64,000 nucleotides of DNA, taken from Eledone cirrhosa (lineage: Eukaryota). This document shows positions 27,014-40,582 of the stretch, one piece after another; within the stretch, counting starts at the first letter, position 1; every line of letters starts with the position of its first letter. The stretch is taken from contig OZ024740.1 in NCBI GenBank assembly GCA_964016885.1, positions 169,384,001 to 169,448,000 of the forward strand, written 5' to 3'. The notes below the pieces were generated by a model that saw only the letters and a program-made list of their open reading frames with translations, had not been told where the DNA came from and did no database searches. The position numbers were made by a program, and so were the translations under genes.

Positions 27014-27017
<4 letters not shown>
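26250..27017 (+). mobile_element. Non-autonomous retrozyme-like element: ~147-bp direct repeats (26250-26397, 26872-27017), 621-bp period, no plus-strand coding capacity of note
   Basis: The direct repeats differ at only a few positions and each carries hammerhead core motifs; the 3' end abuts (TA)n. Confidence 0.7.
26881..26960 (+). ncRNA. Candidate non-circularly permuted (pseudoknotted) hammerhead ribozyme; second copy 26260-26339 has GAAA>GUAA
   Basis: Stem III AGGUAU(26903-08)/AUGCCU(26929-34); AUA^ at 26909; stem I UGGCCUU(26910-16)/AAGGCCA(26946-52); CUGAUGA 26953-59; G26960:C26925; GAAA 26926-29. Confidence 0.65.
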
Positions 27018-27099
<82 letters not shown>

Positions 27100-27146
27100 A
27101 TATATATATGTATATATATATGTATATATATATATATGTATATATG

Positions 27147-27247
<101 letters not shown>

Positions 27248-27339
27248 ATATATATACATGTATGTATTTATATTATATACATGTATATATGTATATATAT
27301 ATACATGTATGTATGTATGTATATATATATACATGTATA

Positions 27340-28452
27340 TCAGCAAGAAAGTAAGTGTTGGTAAAATCCAGTACTTCAGTATGCGGATAGGGAGCACTCA
27401 ACGAATATATAAGTTCCGGAGTTATAATAGTGACGAAACATAAGTCAATTGCCTGAACTCATATTCCTTTATTTACTGCTATATATATTTCGATGATAGC
27501 CATTGAATGGCTATGACCTCATCAGGCAGTTAGTCAGTTCTTAGATATGCCAGCTCTGTATTTATAGTGTTGATGGTATCAGAGCCTTGGGACATATGAG
27601 CTTGTTAGGAATAATTTAATGTTGTCAGCATTAATAGTCTTGATTCTCATTGGTCAGTTTATAGATGCTAGTAGGGTTGGTATTTGACCTCAAAGAGGCA
27701 GGTGGTGTTGTAAAGTTCAAACCGTCAGGCAAGATGACAATAGTTCCATATGACTGATTTTCACAAAAAGCATTCCTGGTCAGATGTATATTCAATTAAG
27801 GTTAATAGTATGAAATAGATACTACAGGTCATTCTTAAATTGAGGAATTTATGTGGAATGGTGCTACTGATATTTATGGTTAGAGTAGAACATTTACAAA
27901 TAAAAAGACTTGTGTAGGTTGGCTTGCAAGTACACTCACACCCACCTCCACAGACACACACACACATCAACACATACAATTTGAGGAATTAATGTTGGGT
28001 GGTAATACTTAAAATAATGGTTAGAGTCAAGTACTTAGATAGTTTAGAAAATTTAGAAATAAAAGGGTTATGTTGGTTGACTTGTACATACACTCACACC
28101 TACACCCTCAGACACACACACATCTACACACACAAATCCATACAGGTGTATATATATATATATATATATATATGTACGCACAAGTATATATATATACATA
28201 AAATATATATATATATATATAAAATATATATATATAAAATATATATATATATAATATATATATATACATATATAAAATATATATATATATATAAAATATA
28301 TATATATATAATATATATATATACATATATAAAATATATATATATATAAAATATATATACATACATAACTTATATATACATATAAAATACACACATATAT
28401 AAAATATACATACATATATATATATAAAATACACACACATATATATATATAT

Positions 28453-28519
<67 letters not shown>

Positions 28520-29930
28520 CACATATATACACATATAAAATACATATATATATATACATATAATATATATATATATATATAAAATCAGGTTCAATAAAAC
28601 GTGGTTTATATGACTCCTAACCAGTAGAGGATCCGGTGAACCAACCACCATAGGGACCACAAACTATGGGTGGTTGTTGTTGTCCATTGGTCATTGGTAC
28701 GGGGTGTAGGGGACCTACAGGGGGGGGGGCGTTGTGGGAGGCCTTAACCGGGGTTTATCCATATAGCTTGAGGAAAGTGCCCGTCCTTAGGTGTCTGCAG
28801 GCACCGAATAAGTCGGCCCTTCTGTTTAATAGCTTGGTTCCACCATGAAGTATCTCGAGTGTTTCACTAAGACAGAGATTGCAAATACCAGACACGCCTC
28901 TGTCTGGGGGAACCTTTCTAACCACGGACCAGACCAGAGAGTGCGGGGTCTTTTCAAGTTTGAGTTTCCAGATCAATTCAGAAAGGGCCGTACATTTCAT
29001 CTTATCTATTCTGTTAAAGGAATGGCGATGGTTATACCACCGTTCTTTGAAGCTGGTCGCTGTGGATCCTATGTAGTGGTGCTCCGAGTTAGGGGTTGTG
29101 ACCTTCCACCTGTATATTACGTTTTTCGTCATGCATTCATTACTCAGCTGCAATTACATGACTTCTTAAGCCCCACCACATGTACCGCGTGGTTACCATC
29201 ACTCGAGGTTGGCTGGGTAGCCTCCGAAATCAGCACATGGTCATTGGATTCCGGTGTGCTAGCTGGGCGTGTCCGGCTTCCGGTTTATTTCAAAATTTAT
29301 TTCTAAATTTTCTAAACTATCTAAGTACTTGACTCTAACCATTATTTTAAGTATTACCACCCCACATTAATTCCTCAATTTGTATGTGTAGATGTGTGTG
29401 TGTGTCTGTGGAGGTGGGTGTGAGTGTACGTGCAAGCCAACCTACATAAGTCTTTTTATTTGTAAATTGTCTACTCTAACCATAATTTTCAGTAGCACCA
29501 CTCCACATAAATTCCTCAATTTAAGAATGACCTGTAGTATCTATTTCATATTATTAACCTTAATTGAATATATATCTGATCAGGAATGCTTTTTGTGAAA
29601 ATCAGTCATATGGAACTATTGTCATCTTGCCTGACGGTTTGAACTATACAACACCACCTGCCTCTTTGAGGTCAAATACCAACCCTACTAGCATCTACAA
29701 ACTGACCAATGAGAATTAAGACTATTCCTGCTGACAACATTAAATTATTCCTAACAAGCTCATATGTCCCAAGGCTCTGATACCATCACTATAAATACAG
29801 AGCTGGCATATCTAAGAACTGACTAACTGCCTGATGAGGTCATAGCCATTCAATGGCTATCATCGAAATATATATAGCAGTAAATAAAGGATTATGAGTT
29901 CAGGCAATTGACTAATGTTTCGTCACTATA
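27340..29930 (-). mobile_element. 5'-truncated Naiad-like PLE with a ~630-bp inverted pLTR
   Basis: About 27428-28060 is the inverse of about 29297-29930; tail 27340-27427; GIY-YIG fragment 28755-29160 (VIYR..YIGST..RWYNH..CNLCLSE..LNRR..CRH). Confidence 0.9.
29826..29881 (+). ncRNA. Type I hammerhead ribozyme (sense-strand copy at 27475-27530, -)
   Basis: ACUGC CUGAUGA GGUCAUAGCCAU UCA AUGGCUAUCAUC GAAA UAUAUA UA^GCAGU. Confidence 0.9.
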
Positions 29931-29956
29931 CATGTATATATGTATATATATATATA

Positions 29957-32900
29957 TAAACCCATCATTTTGGCAAATCAACGCCTGCTTATATGCCTTA
30001 GAACCGACAGTGAAGCATTATCTTGGTGATAGCAGAGATATTAACAAGAACAGAACACCACCAAAAATACCATCATATATAACTAAAATAGAAAAAAAGA
30101 TTGCTGACCTACGAAAGAACATAGGATATGTGACAATGCTCCTTACATGCAAACAAATACAAAAAAACCTCACTCCTCACCAACAAAGAGTGAAAAATAA
30201 AATAGAAACAGTAGAACCAGAACTCTCCAATATAAGCTGATCACCCTCAAACAAGAATTGAGAGCTGTTAGCGAAAAACGCCGATACCTGAAGAAGGTAG
30301 ATGAGAGAAAAGTGCTTAATAAAAGATTCAGACGAAACCAAACATCAGTCTAAAGAGATATGAAGAGCAAAATAATAAGTGTCACTGAGGCCCCATCCCA
30401 GAAAGACAGATTCCTTTTGGAGCAAAATATGGGGTGAAAAGAAGAATTTCAACCAAGATGCAGTGTGGCTAAGAGAAATCCGAAATAATTATTGCTCCTA
30501 CACTACAACAAAAAACATACGAAATAAGTGAGGGTACTCTTGAGACTGTGATAGGAAAAAACTCCAAGATAAGAAAACACCAGGAAGAGACTTGATTGTC
30601 GGCTACTGGTACAAAAAACTGATATTCTATCGGAGGTATCTTACTGACCTCTACCAACAAGTTCTTAAGGGAGGTACACTTATAGCAGAATGGTTGACAT
30701 TAGCACAAACATTACTGCTCCCCAAGAACAAAGACACCCACTTGGCAAAAAACTACCGACCCATTGCATGCAATAACCTGATGTATAAGATTTATACAGC
30801 CTGCCGGAACCTATTCCTCCAAAATCACTGTGAAAATAATAACATCATCACAGATGAACAAGCAGCTGGAAAGAAAGGGGTTTGGGGATGTGCTGAACAA
30901 CTCCTAATCAACAAAACTGCGATGTCGGAGGTGCAACAACTTAGGAGGAATATGGCTACAGTCTGGCTGGACTACATGAAAGCTTTCGATTCTGTTCCCC
31001 ACTCTTGGATGATAGAGGCCCTCCAACTTGCTAAAGTCCCAGACATGATTATCAGAGCCATAGAGAGGCTGTCTTCTTCTTGGGCTACTATCCTAAGGTT
31101 AAAGACAGAGAGGGAGGATTCTATTTTCACTGATAAAATAAAATATCGCAGGGGTATATTTCAGGGAGACAGTCTCTCTGTGATATTATTCATCCTGTCA
31201 TTAAACCCCTTGTCCTTTCTGCTCAAGAAATGTGAGGGATACATCATTGGCTCACAGGAGGACAGAAATACGAACCTAACCCATAATTTCTTTGCGGACG
31301 ATCTGAAACTCTATGCCAAGAACATGGATGGAATGAAGAAAAATCTTAACCTGGTTACAACGTTCTCAAAGGATATAGGAATGGAGTTTGGCCAAGATAA
31401 ATGCTCATATATGACTGTAAAGCGGGGAAAAACAACAACCCAATCTAGCAACATTGTCAATGGCCTAACTGTTTCACCGATATCTGATGAGGACTGCTAC
31501 AGATACCTGGGGATAGATGAGAACATATCCTATAATGGTATCTGTAATAAAGAACGCGTAACCAGGGAATACAACACCCGATTAAGAAAGATCTGGTCAT
31601 CGGAGCTCTCTGCGCAAAACAAAACTGTGGCTCACAATGTGTTTGCTGTGCCTATCCTAACATCAACGTTTGGAATACTCAATTGGACTATAGACGAAAT
31701 CCGAGCAGTTGATGTTGGAACTCGAAAAATACTAAACAACACCAGAAACTTCCACATCAACAGTGACATAGACCACCTTTACTTGAAATGTAAGCAGGGA
31801 GGCAGAGGCCTAACATCAGTCCAGACAACATTTGAATGTCGCATCATATCTCTCCGTGGGAGCCCGTCTCTCGAGCAAGTATATCTGCATGAAACAGATA
31901 AGATCATGAGAGTTGGGAAGGAACTCCTCGAGAGATATTCCCTGTGTGATAATCAAAAACTCACACCCAGGGAAGTTGCTCAGCAGTATCGCAGTGAATC
32001 CATGGGTGAAAAACTACATACTTATCAGCAAAAAATCATGCATGGATATGTTGCCAGGAAGCTCCAGAGTGAGAGTAATATAGATAAGGAAAGTAGTCTA
32101 TCTTGGACCAACAACCGCTATATTGGCTCCCACTTTGAAGGATACGCTTTTGCAATCCAAGAACAGGAGATTAACACGAAATACCTGATTCACAAAAGAG
32201 ATAGGGATACAGGCAAAACACCTAGATGTGATAACAAATGCAGACTCTGCAGAACTAATATCGAGGATATCACCCATGTCATCAGCAGCTGTTCAAAGAT
32301 GTCATCGCGGTACTATCTACCTATGAGGCATGATATAGTGGCCAAAATACTGTACAATGCCCCGATAATAAACACATTAAAATTACAGCAATGTGGAAGA
32401 CATCCATGTACATAATATGAAAGAGTACTGCTGGAATGTTCCAGTAAAAACACCAATAAAATGCAGACATAACAGACTAGATATTATGATATGGGACAGG
32501 TAGAAGAAAGCATGCACAGTAGTGGAAATTAGCTGCCCAGCAGATGCCAATATAATATCAAAGATTAGTGAAAAGGAGAATATTTATGCAGAACTGATGA
32601 GAAATCGGCAGATACTCCACCCTGATTACACCTTCAGATTTATGCTTGTGATTATTGTGGCACTGGGGTATGTTAGTAACTGTCTCAATACAAATCGTGA
32701 GAAGCTAGGCTTCACAGGAACAGAAAGAACACAACTAGTTAGGAAAGTACAAGTACAATCCATTAATGGAACAGTAAAAATATGTAAAACGTTCCAAAAT
32801 CTTTTCATCTAATAACTGCATATACACATGTACAGATACAAAGCATATACACATGCACACATACAACTCAAAACATACATATCCACACATACAATAACAT

Positions 32901-33029
32901 CCATATCTACACATGCAGACATGCATACATATCTACCTAGTTGATGTTGTGTAAATTCCAATGAGAGAGTCTTGTGTCTATGTTAGAAACCGACTCTCTC
33001 TCACTTTGTGAAATTATAAAACCAGAAGA

Positions 33030-33032
<3 letters not shown>
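29957..33032 (+). mobile_element. Degenerate 5'-truncated R4/Dong-like RLE retrotransposon ending at (CATA)n/(CA)n
   Basis: ORF 30592-32415: NYRPIAC, DYMKAFDSVPH, GIFQGDSLS, FADD, CRLC..HVISSC, RHD; RLE remnant (RLDIMIWD..VEISCP..K..Y) in 32470-32812; frameshifts. Confidence 0.9.
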
Positions 33033-33087
<55 letters not shown>

Positions 33088-34002
33088 TATGCCAATACTA
33101 TATATCATTTCACACCTTTTATTATTAAGGTTTTTGATGTTCTATTGAGAGAATCGATTTTACTGAAAATATCGAATAATGTACACCATTTCACCAGTAC
33201 CACAAAAATAATTACTGGTCCACACACACATACACATTCTCACACACACATACACACGTGTATGCGCACACACCCACATATATACACAGACACATACACA
33301 CGCGTACATTAACATACAAAGATATATATACACACACACACACACTTCTCCGTATAAGACAAGAGCTGAAAAATATCTTTTAACATGTTAAAATATCCCC
33401 CACACACTTACAGACACATTCCTACTGACCATCCCTCTACCACGAATTACTCTGCTACACACACACACACTTGTCTTAATAGGCATTTGAACTGTCAACA
33501 GGCTGCGGTTCGCACACACATCCCTGATGACCATTATCACAACAGCGAACCTCTTTACTACTACTACTACTACTACTACTACTACACACACACACATATT
33601 TGTTTTGAAAGACTTATTTCTCAGTGACTTCTCAATCAGTCGACACAAACCTACATTTGGCGCAAAATCAATTTTTTACATTCACATGACCTCTACCGAC
33701 CAATCAAAATTGTTTTGACCACAAGAATTTTTGCAACACGAATTGGCGCAAAACTTATTTTAATACCGCTGGAGCCACTTTTTAAACATAAAAACAGGTA
33801 GAATTCCCAGAACTAATCAGATCAGAGCAAACATCACGGACGCTCTATCTCAAAATTATTTTTGAAAAGCATTAGAAATGCGCAACCGGTAAAACTTAAA
33901 ACCAAAACTGAATACTAACCAATACAATTACTAATTCTCACTTATTCCTAATTAAACTATTTTTCACTGTCAACAATTTGTCAGCATTTTCTTTTCCGTT
34001 TA

Positions 34003-34074
<72 letters not shown>

Positions 34075-34353
34075 TATATATACTCCTACATACATGTTTA
34101 TATCTATACCTATCTGTCTATCTCTTTCGTTTTTTCTCTTTCTCTCTCATATATGAAGGCGGCCAACCGGGCTGGCAACTGATAAATTTTTGGCCGCCTT
34201 CTCGTCTCGCTGTTTTTTCAGCCCCGTGGATTCTGTCCATTATATTCCTTTGTTAAATTTCGAATACCTGATGATGTCACCGGATTCATACTGAACCCGG
34301 TCATTGAAATGTTCAGCCCTTAAGGAATTACACCTGTCCAGCCTCCTGTTATT

Positions 34354-34410
<57 letters not shown>

Positions 34411-34416
<6 letters not shown>

Positions 34417-34698
34417 AAAAAAAGATGAAATCGAAAATGCAACTGGAGTCTTATTTTAAAAAAAAAATATATATTTATTTGGTTCCTTTACCGGTTTCGC
34501 AATTCTTCTGCTTTTCAAAAGTAGAGTTGAGATGGAGGGTCTGTGGCTTTTCTAGGTAAAGGAACCAAATAAATATATATATTTTTTTAAAAATAAGACT
34601 CCAGTTGCATTTTCGATTTCATCTGTTTTTCTTTATACTTTCACACGTGTAGGACAACTCGGTTACTTTTCATTTTGTAAAAAACCTCACTTTCTAAT
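34411..34698 (+). mobile_element. Short PLE hairpin+tail remnant; same family at 36135-36336 (+) and 37270-37486 (-)
   Basis: About 34411-34492 inverted against about 34556-34636, followed by a tail; TA flanks. Confidence 0.75.
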
Positions 34699-34714
34699 AT
34701 ATATATATATATAT

Positions 34715-35221
34715 ATTTCGTTTCTGAATTTCTTTAGCAAGATTCTTTATCTAAAAACGTGTGTTGAAACCGATATTGTTATACTTTGGGAGCGTCATGT
34801 TGCCAATAAGAAACACACGCACCAGTTGCTTTCACTTCAATTTATTATAATAAATTTATAAATTTAGGAATTTGTAAATTTCCGGTTGGTTGGTTGGTTC
34901 CACAAGCAGATGGTTGTTTATATATTGTCAAAGTTCTTTCGTCACACATTCTGTGACCACTTCAGTGACTGGGATTCTTTTCTTTGTTTTTTGTGCTTCT
35001 CCTTTGTTCTGTCCAACGCCATCAAGATGGCGTAGGACAGAACAAAGGAGAGGCACAAAAGAACTTTGACAATATATAAACAACCATCTGGTTGTGGAAC
35101 CAACCAACCAACCGGAAATTTACAAATTCCTAAATTTATAAATTTATTATAATAAATTGAAGTGAAAGCAATTGGTGCGTGTGTTTCTTATTAGCAACAT
35201 GACCCTCCCAAAGTATAACAA
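34715..35221 (-). mobile_element. pLTR-only copy of the 13021-15377 PLE family with inverted duplication
   Basis: 34715-35020 matches 13023-13330; 35026-35221 is an inverted partial copy; HHR core mutated (CUGAAGU). Confidence 0.8.
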
Positions 35222-35395
35222 TATATATATATATATATGTGTGTGTGAGTGTATGTATGTATGTGTGGCATACGCGTGAATGACAGTGAACGGAGTTTGA
35301 GCAATGAATAACGAGCAGGCTATCATCTAATGTGAAACAATCATCACTCACATACATACACACACAGGTGTACAACCACACACACGCACACATAG

Positions 35396-35450
<55 letters not shown>

Positions 35451-35454
<4 letters not shown>

Positions 35455-35649
35455 AAAAAGTATGACCCCGACGGCAGAGCTCAAGCCGTTTCGACGGCTA
35501 TTTTTGGACTCCAGAAATAGCTGTCGAAACGGTTTGAGCTCTGCCGTCGGGATGATACTTTTTCCTATTTCCCACTCTACTACCCTAAGTATTGAGTACT
35601 CTGGTGCCTTATGGTCCATCTGGTTCCTTACCACAATTCCTTTGTCATA
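35451..35649 (+). mobile_element. Short hairpin+tail element in (TA)n; related copy at about 45904-46028
   Basis: 35451-35508 inverted against 35510-35567, followed by a tail. Confidence 0.7.
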
Positions 35650-35665
35650 TATATATATATATACA

Positions 35666-35700
<35 letters not shown>

Positions 35701-35708
<8 letters not shown>

Positions 35709-36125
35709 AGAAAACGAAAAATCAGTGATGCATCTGGACTTAGTTTATTTCGTGTTACAAATGTTTCGCCGGCATGTAGCTCGAGACATGATCCTTGTAT
35801 GGATCTGGCTGATTCTACTTCTGCGGGTTCTTTCAGACACGGGTGTTTCGTCCGGAGTAAATTTTCTCACAGTGATAAAATTTGCTCCGGACGAAACACC
35901 CGTGTCTGAAAGAACCCGCAGAAGTAGAATCAGCCAGATCCATACAAGGATCATGTCTCGAGCTACATGCCGGCGAAACATTTGTAACACGAAATAAACT
36001 AAGTCCAGATGCATCACTGATTTTTCGTTTTCTTTATAATATCTACACTCTACTCTGCTGAATATCGAGTGCTAATTTTGGCATACCGCCTATGGAAGCA
36101 CCATAGCTACCATTATACACAACTA
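35701..36125 (+). mobile_element. Short hairpin+tail PLE remnant (perfect ~158-bp inverted repeat)
   Basis: 35701-35859 inverted against 35884-36041; contains the HHR 3' half GAC GAAAC ACCCGU GUC. Confidence 0.75.
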
Positions 36126-37083
36126 TATATATATACGGAAAAAAGATGAAATCGAAAATGCAACTGGAGTCTTTTTTTTTTTATATATTTATTTGGTTCC
36201 TTTACCGGTTTCGATAAATCTATTTAAAAAAAACAAACTCCAGTTGCATTTTCGATTTCATCGTTTTTCTTTATACTTTCACTCGTGTAGAACCCCTCGT
36301 TGTTTTTTCATTTTGTAAAAAACCTCACTTTCTAATATATATATATATATATATATTTATTAAAATAACAGATTAAAGTTTAAGCAAAGAATCGCTGCTT
36401 TCACCCTTAACGGGATCTTCTGAAACTAACAAAGTCAATCTGTAAACGCAGAACTGGATATTTCAAAAAACGTTGCAACCGGAGGAAGACAGGAAGACGA
36501 TACCTTGGTTCGTGGTAACGTTCGCTGGCAAAGAACGGGAAAAAACGAATAATACGTCATTAATAGGAGCGGTGAAAAACAATTACGCGCAAAGACAGAA
36601 CCACGTTTATGGTATAAAAGAGGTCGTAGACTAATTTTCTCTTAGGTGGTGTATAGAGACGTTCTCTGGCAATGAACGAAAAAACGAAGATAATACGTCA
36701 TATGTGGAGCGTGGAGAACAATAGCACGCAAAGACAAAACCACGTAAATGGTATAGCAGAAGTCGTAGACTAAAATTCTAACTAGGAGACCAAATGAATC
36801 TCCGCTACAGAGTTAAGAACAAAGTAAATAAATACAATACAGAAGTAATAGAAACAAATAAATACATACATGCAAACAGATACGTACATACACAAGCATA
36901 CGCATATATATTTATATACTTTTCTACATTCGCACGTCCCCTCAATCTATCTTATTTCTCATTCTTTCTTCTGATGAAGGACTAGTGTCCTACACGTTAA
37001 GACCCTCTTCCTGCTATATCAAGCGTTAACCTATTATATCCCTTCCATATACTGTATCGATTGTGTTGTTATTTCTGTTTACC

Positions 37084-37135
<52 letters not shown>

Positions 37136-37145
37136 ACACACACAC

Positions 37146-37204
<59 letters not shown>

Positions 37205-37231
37205 TAAACATACATATATACATATATGTAT

Positions 37232-37277
<46 letters not shown>

Positions 37278-37416
37278 GTGTGGTTTTTTTGTTTTTTTTA
37301 CAAAATGAAAAATAACCGAGGTGTCCTACACGAGTGGAAGTATAAAGAAAAAGGGATGAAATCGAAAATGCAACTGAAGTTTTATTTAAAAAAAAAATAT
37401 ATATATTTATTTGGTT

Positions 37417-37454
37417 CCTTTACCGGTTTCGCAGTTCTTCTGCTTTTCAAAAGG
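37417..37454 (-). ncRNA. Minimal hammerhead variant with a U3-A8 core (also 34486-34521, -)
   Basis: CCUU UUGAAAA GCA GAAGAAC UGC GAAA CCGG UA^AAGG. Confidence 0.7.
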
Positions 37455-38189
37455 TGAGTTGAGATGGAGGGTCTGTGGTTTTTCTCACATACATATATAC
37501 ATATATACATACATACATGTAGTCCACATTTATTTATTTATGTAAATGTATTCTCTATAAATGTTGTCTTTAGCTAGCAGCTACTTAATGAATGGCGACA
37601 TGACTACTTCTCCGATTTGTAAAGTAAACGTCTCTTCAGAAATACGTACTAATCACACCACAGTTAATGACATACTCCACCTCAGAAAATGCAATCAAGT
37701 AAAAAAACTAGTCACGCACCCAAAATCATAAGAACCTCACTCTCAACAGCTAAAACCGAAAAAGCCACTTCTACTTCAGCTACAACAAACGGTATATTAA
37801 ATCAGTCTCCATTAACAACTGAAGGTTAGTATATATTATGCTGCTGTTAAGACACAACTTCTATATAATTCTCAATCAGTTGGCCTATGCACAAAAGCAT
37901 TCCAGTTATGAATATCCCGTCTGTTTTTCAAGATACAAAGTCTCTAGGTTTATCATATTCAATATATCATTCCCTTTTAAAACAGTCATTTGTGAGTTAG
38001 AGTTAGTTGGTATTTCTAGCATATCGAATAAAGAGCAATGTAACATCCATAAATCCAATCTATTACGGTTCACTTGATTTCGTCTAACCCTAAAAATATA
38101 TACTTATATAAAGACCCATTGAGGATTTAAATAGCTAAATCATAAAGGTTATGTATTCCGAGATCCCAGAGAGGATTTGGAAGGGGGCA

Positions 38190-38570
38190 AACTTTGACAA
38201 TTGGTAACTGGAACGTTATAATCTTTACAGACCAGGGGTAGGAACTAGTGGAGGACGCCAAATTCTACCGGCTAGATATAGTTGGGGTTTCCTCAACAAA
38301 GTTCTGTAGCCCTGGTAGGTACTGTAGGTTGGATGGAGATGGAACCTCCACTATTCAGGTGTGGCACCAGAAATGACTCCACAGGCGGGAGTGGGGATAC
38401 TCGTAAGCTCCCGGCTGTCAGAATGTATTATGGACTGGATACAGCTGGAGGGAGGATTTGCCCCTTGAAGCTTAAGCTGAAAGAAAGGTCTCTGTACGTG
38501 CTACTGGGTTATGCGCCAAACAGAGAGGTCGAATACAGACCCTTCTTTGATGAAGTCACTGCAGATGTAA
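38190..38570 (+). pseudogene. Degenerate RTE-like APE endonuclease fragment
   Basis: LTIGNWNV, ELVEDAKFYRLDIVGVSS, AGVGIL and YAPN motifs across frames. Confidence 0.65.
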
Positions 38571-39037
38571 TCTAGATTGAGTCATATATTCTCACATGCA
38601 ACGGCGTGACTGAAGGAACAGTGATCCCGACCTAAATAAGAATGAAGCAAAAATATCGTTTATACAACATGAAAGTGATGAAATCAGAGATTGTCAGAAA
38701 TAGGATTGAATGCATTGCACTTGCCTTCCGTGAAAAATCAACATCAATAACATTTGATGAAAACACCAAAATATGTACCTTATTCCTCTATGTCAGTAAT
38801 GTTGATTATATTGAATATGACAAGGTGTCGTTTTACTCTTGTTTATAAATAGTTGCAGATTTTCATTGATTCAGCCACGGGAATTAGCAAGGTATAGGCT
38901 AAAGTCAATGGTTTTCTAACAACATTAGAGTCGTACAGATAGTGAATTAGCTTCTACTATGTATTGAAAGTGTCTGCCGAACAGTAGAATTTATTTATAA
39001 TAATTAGTAAGAAAAATAATAAAATATTTTAGGACTT

Positions 39038-39260
39038 GTTTGATTCCCACAAGAAACCATTTCACCTATTCAGTAGAACAAATAGCTCCTTGCCTTAATA
39101 GGTTTGACTCCCACAAGAACCTATTTCACCTATCACGTAGAACAAGTAACTCCCTGCCTTAATAGGTTTGATTCCCACAAGAAACCGTTTCACCTATTCA
39201 GTAGAACAAATAGCTCCCTGCCTTAATAGGTTTGGTTCCAACAAGAAACTATTTCACTTG
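39038..39260. repeat. Minisatellite, ~64-bp unit, about 3.5 copies
   Basis: GTTTGATTCCCACAAGAAACC(A/G)TTTCACCTATTCAGTAGAACAAATAGCTCC(T/C)TGCCTTAATAG repeated. Confidence 0.9.
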
Positions 39261-39854
39261 TCTTTAAGATATATCAAATAGTTGCAGTAACTATTTCACT
39301 CATCAAAAATTATATACTATATTACTTGATATCATTTTAAAAAAATCGAAGCACTGATTTTCACAGTAAATATATAACCACGGCGCTAAAATTAGTTAGT
39401 CCCCGGGAAAAGCCTTCCTTAGAAATATTATAGTTAAACATTTGAAAGCACAAAATATAGATTGAACTTTGAATCTAATCACTACGATGTTTGAACTATT
39501 TTATTCTACCGAAATGTTTTAATTCGGGTTTTAAATTTGGCGTATTGAAGTCGAAATACACGTTATATTTATTTTCGTCTTATTCCGTGCTTAAAAAATA
39601 AAGTCATAACTTTCTTTTGTTGAAACAATACACAGTAATTTAATAAATTTGACTAAACAATAAACACAAAGCAAAGACGGTGTGTTATAATAGATAGTAG
39701 TTGACCTTGTGGAAATTTCACCTTTTAATTGAATATTTATATTCTCTATATTTGATTAATTATATGCTTACATTCACCTATTATATGATAAAATAACTCA
39801 ACAATATATTCTACAATCAGTAAAATTAAAGATAAAAATGTTATATTATATATC

Positions 39855-40270
39855 AATCATCATCATCATCACTGTTTTACGTCCGTTCTTCCACGCTAGC
39901 ATGGGTTAGACGGGTTTTCCTGTTGTGGGCAGTGTCCGGTCGGCTGAGCTTGTCTTGCTCATACTGGAACTGATTCTGGCATGATTTCTACAGCTGGATG
40001 CCCTTCCTAACACCAACATCATTTACAGTGAGTGTTGGGTGCCTTTTTCGGTGGCGCCTGCACGACCACTTTACAGTGTGGGCTGGGTGCTTTTCTACCG
40101 TGGCACCTCCACAACCACTTTGCAGTGGGGGTGGGGGCATATTGTCTATATACTTCAGCTTCGGCTTGTACCCGTGGGAAGTCGGGTATTCTGTATTACT
40201 ACGTGGTACCAGAGGTCACGGTCGTGTGTCATCTTCTTTGAGAGGTGCAATTGGGTAAGGTCAGCTTTTA
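39855..40270 (-). mobile_element. SINE or truncated LINE sharing the RTE 3' end
   Basis: (GAT)n tail, CCCATGC..GCGTGGA..GGACGT and AAGGGCATCCA.CTGTAGAAA match 11860-12017. Confidence 0.75.
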
Positions 40271-40485
40271 TCACCTCATCCTAATTTATATATACCACAC
40301 AAACAAATAATATATACAGTATGTAATTACATACACGCAACACTACAAATGACTGAAAGTCGTTTTTCTAATTTCCACCTCCCTCTGATTCACTTATACC
40401 CACATACACTCATACCATCTTTCCATAAAGATTTGTTCTCGCGTTGAATAAAAATATTTCGGCGTTGCCGCAAGCACCACCACTA

Positions 40486-40582
<97 letters not shown>

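Noticed and set aside
34269-34320. CUGAUGA-hairpin-GAAA motif (also 36971-37001)
   Set aside because: Stem I/III or the GAAA core cannot be completed; decayed HHR remnants at best.
39038-39260. CRISPR-like periodic array
   Set aside because: Whole ~64-bp units repeat with no unique spacers; a eukaryotic minisatellite.
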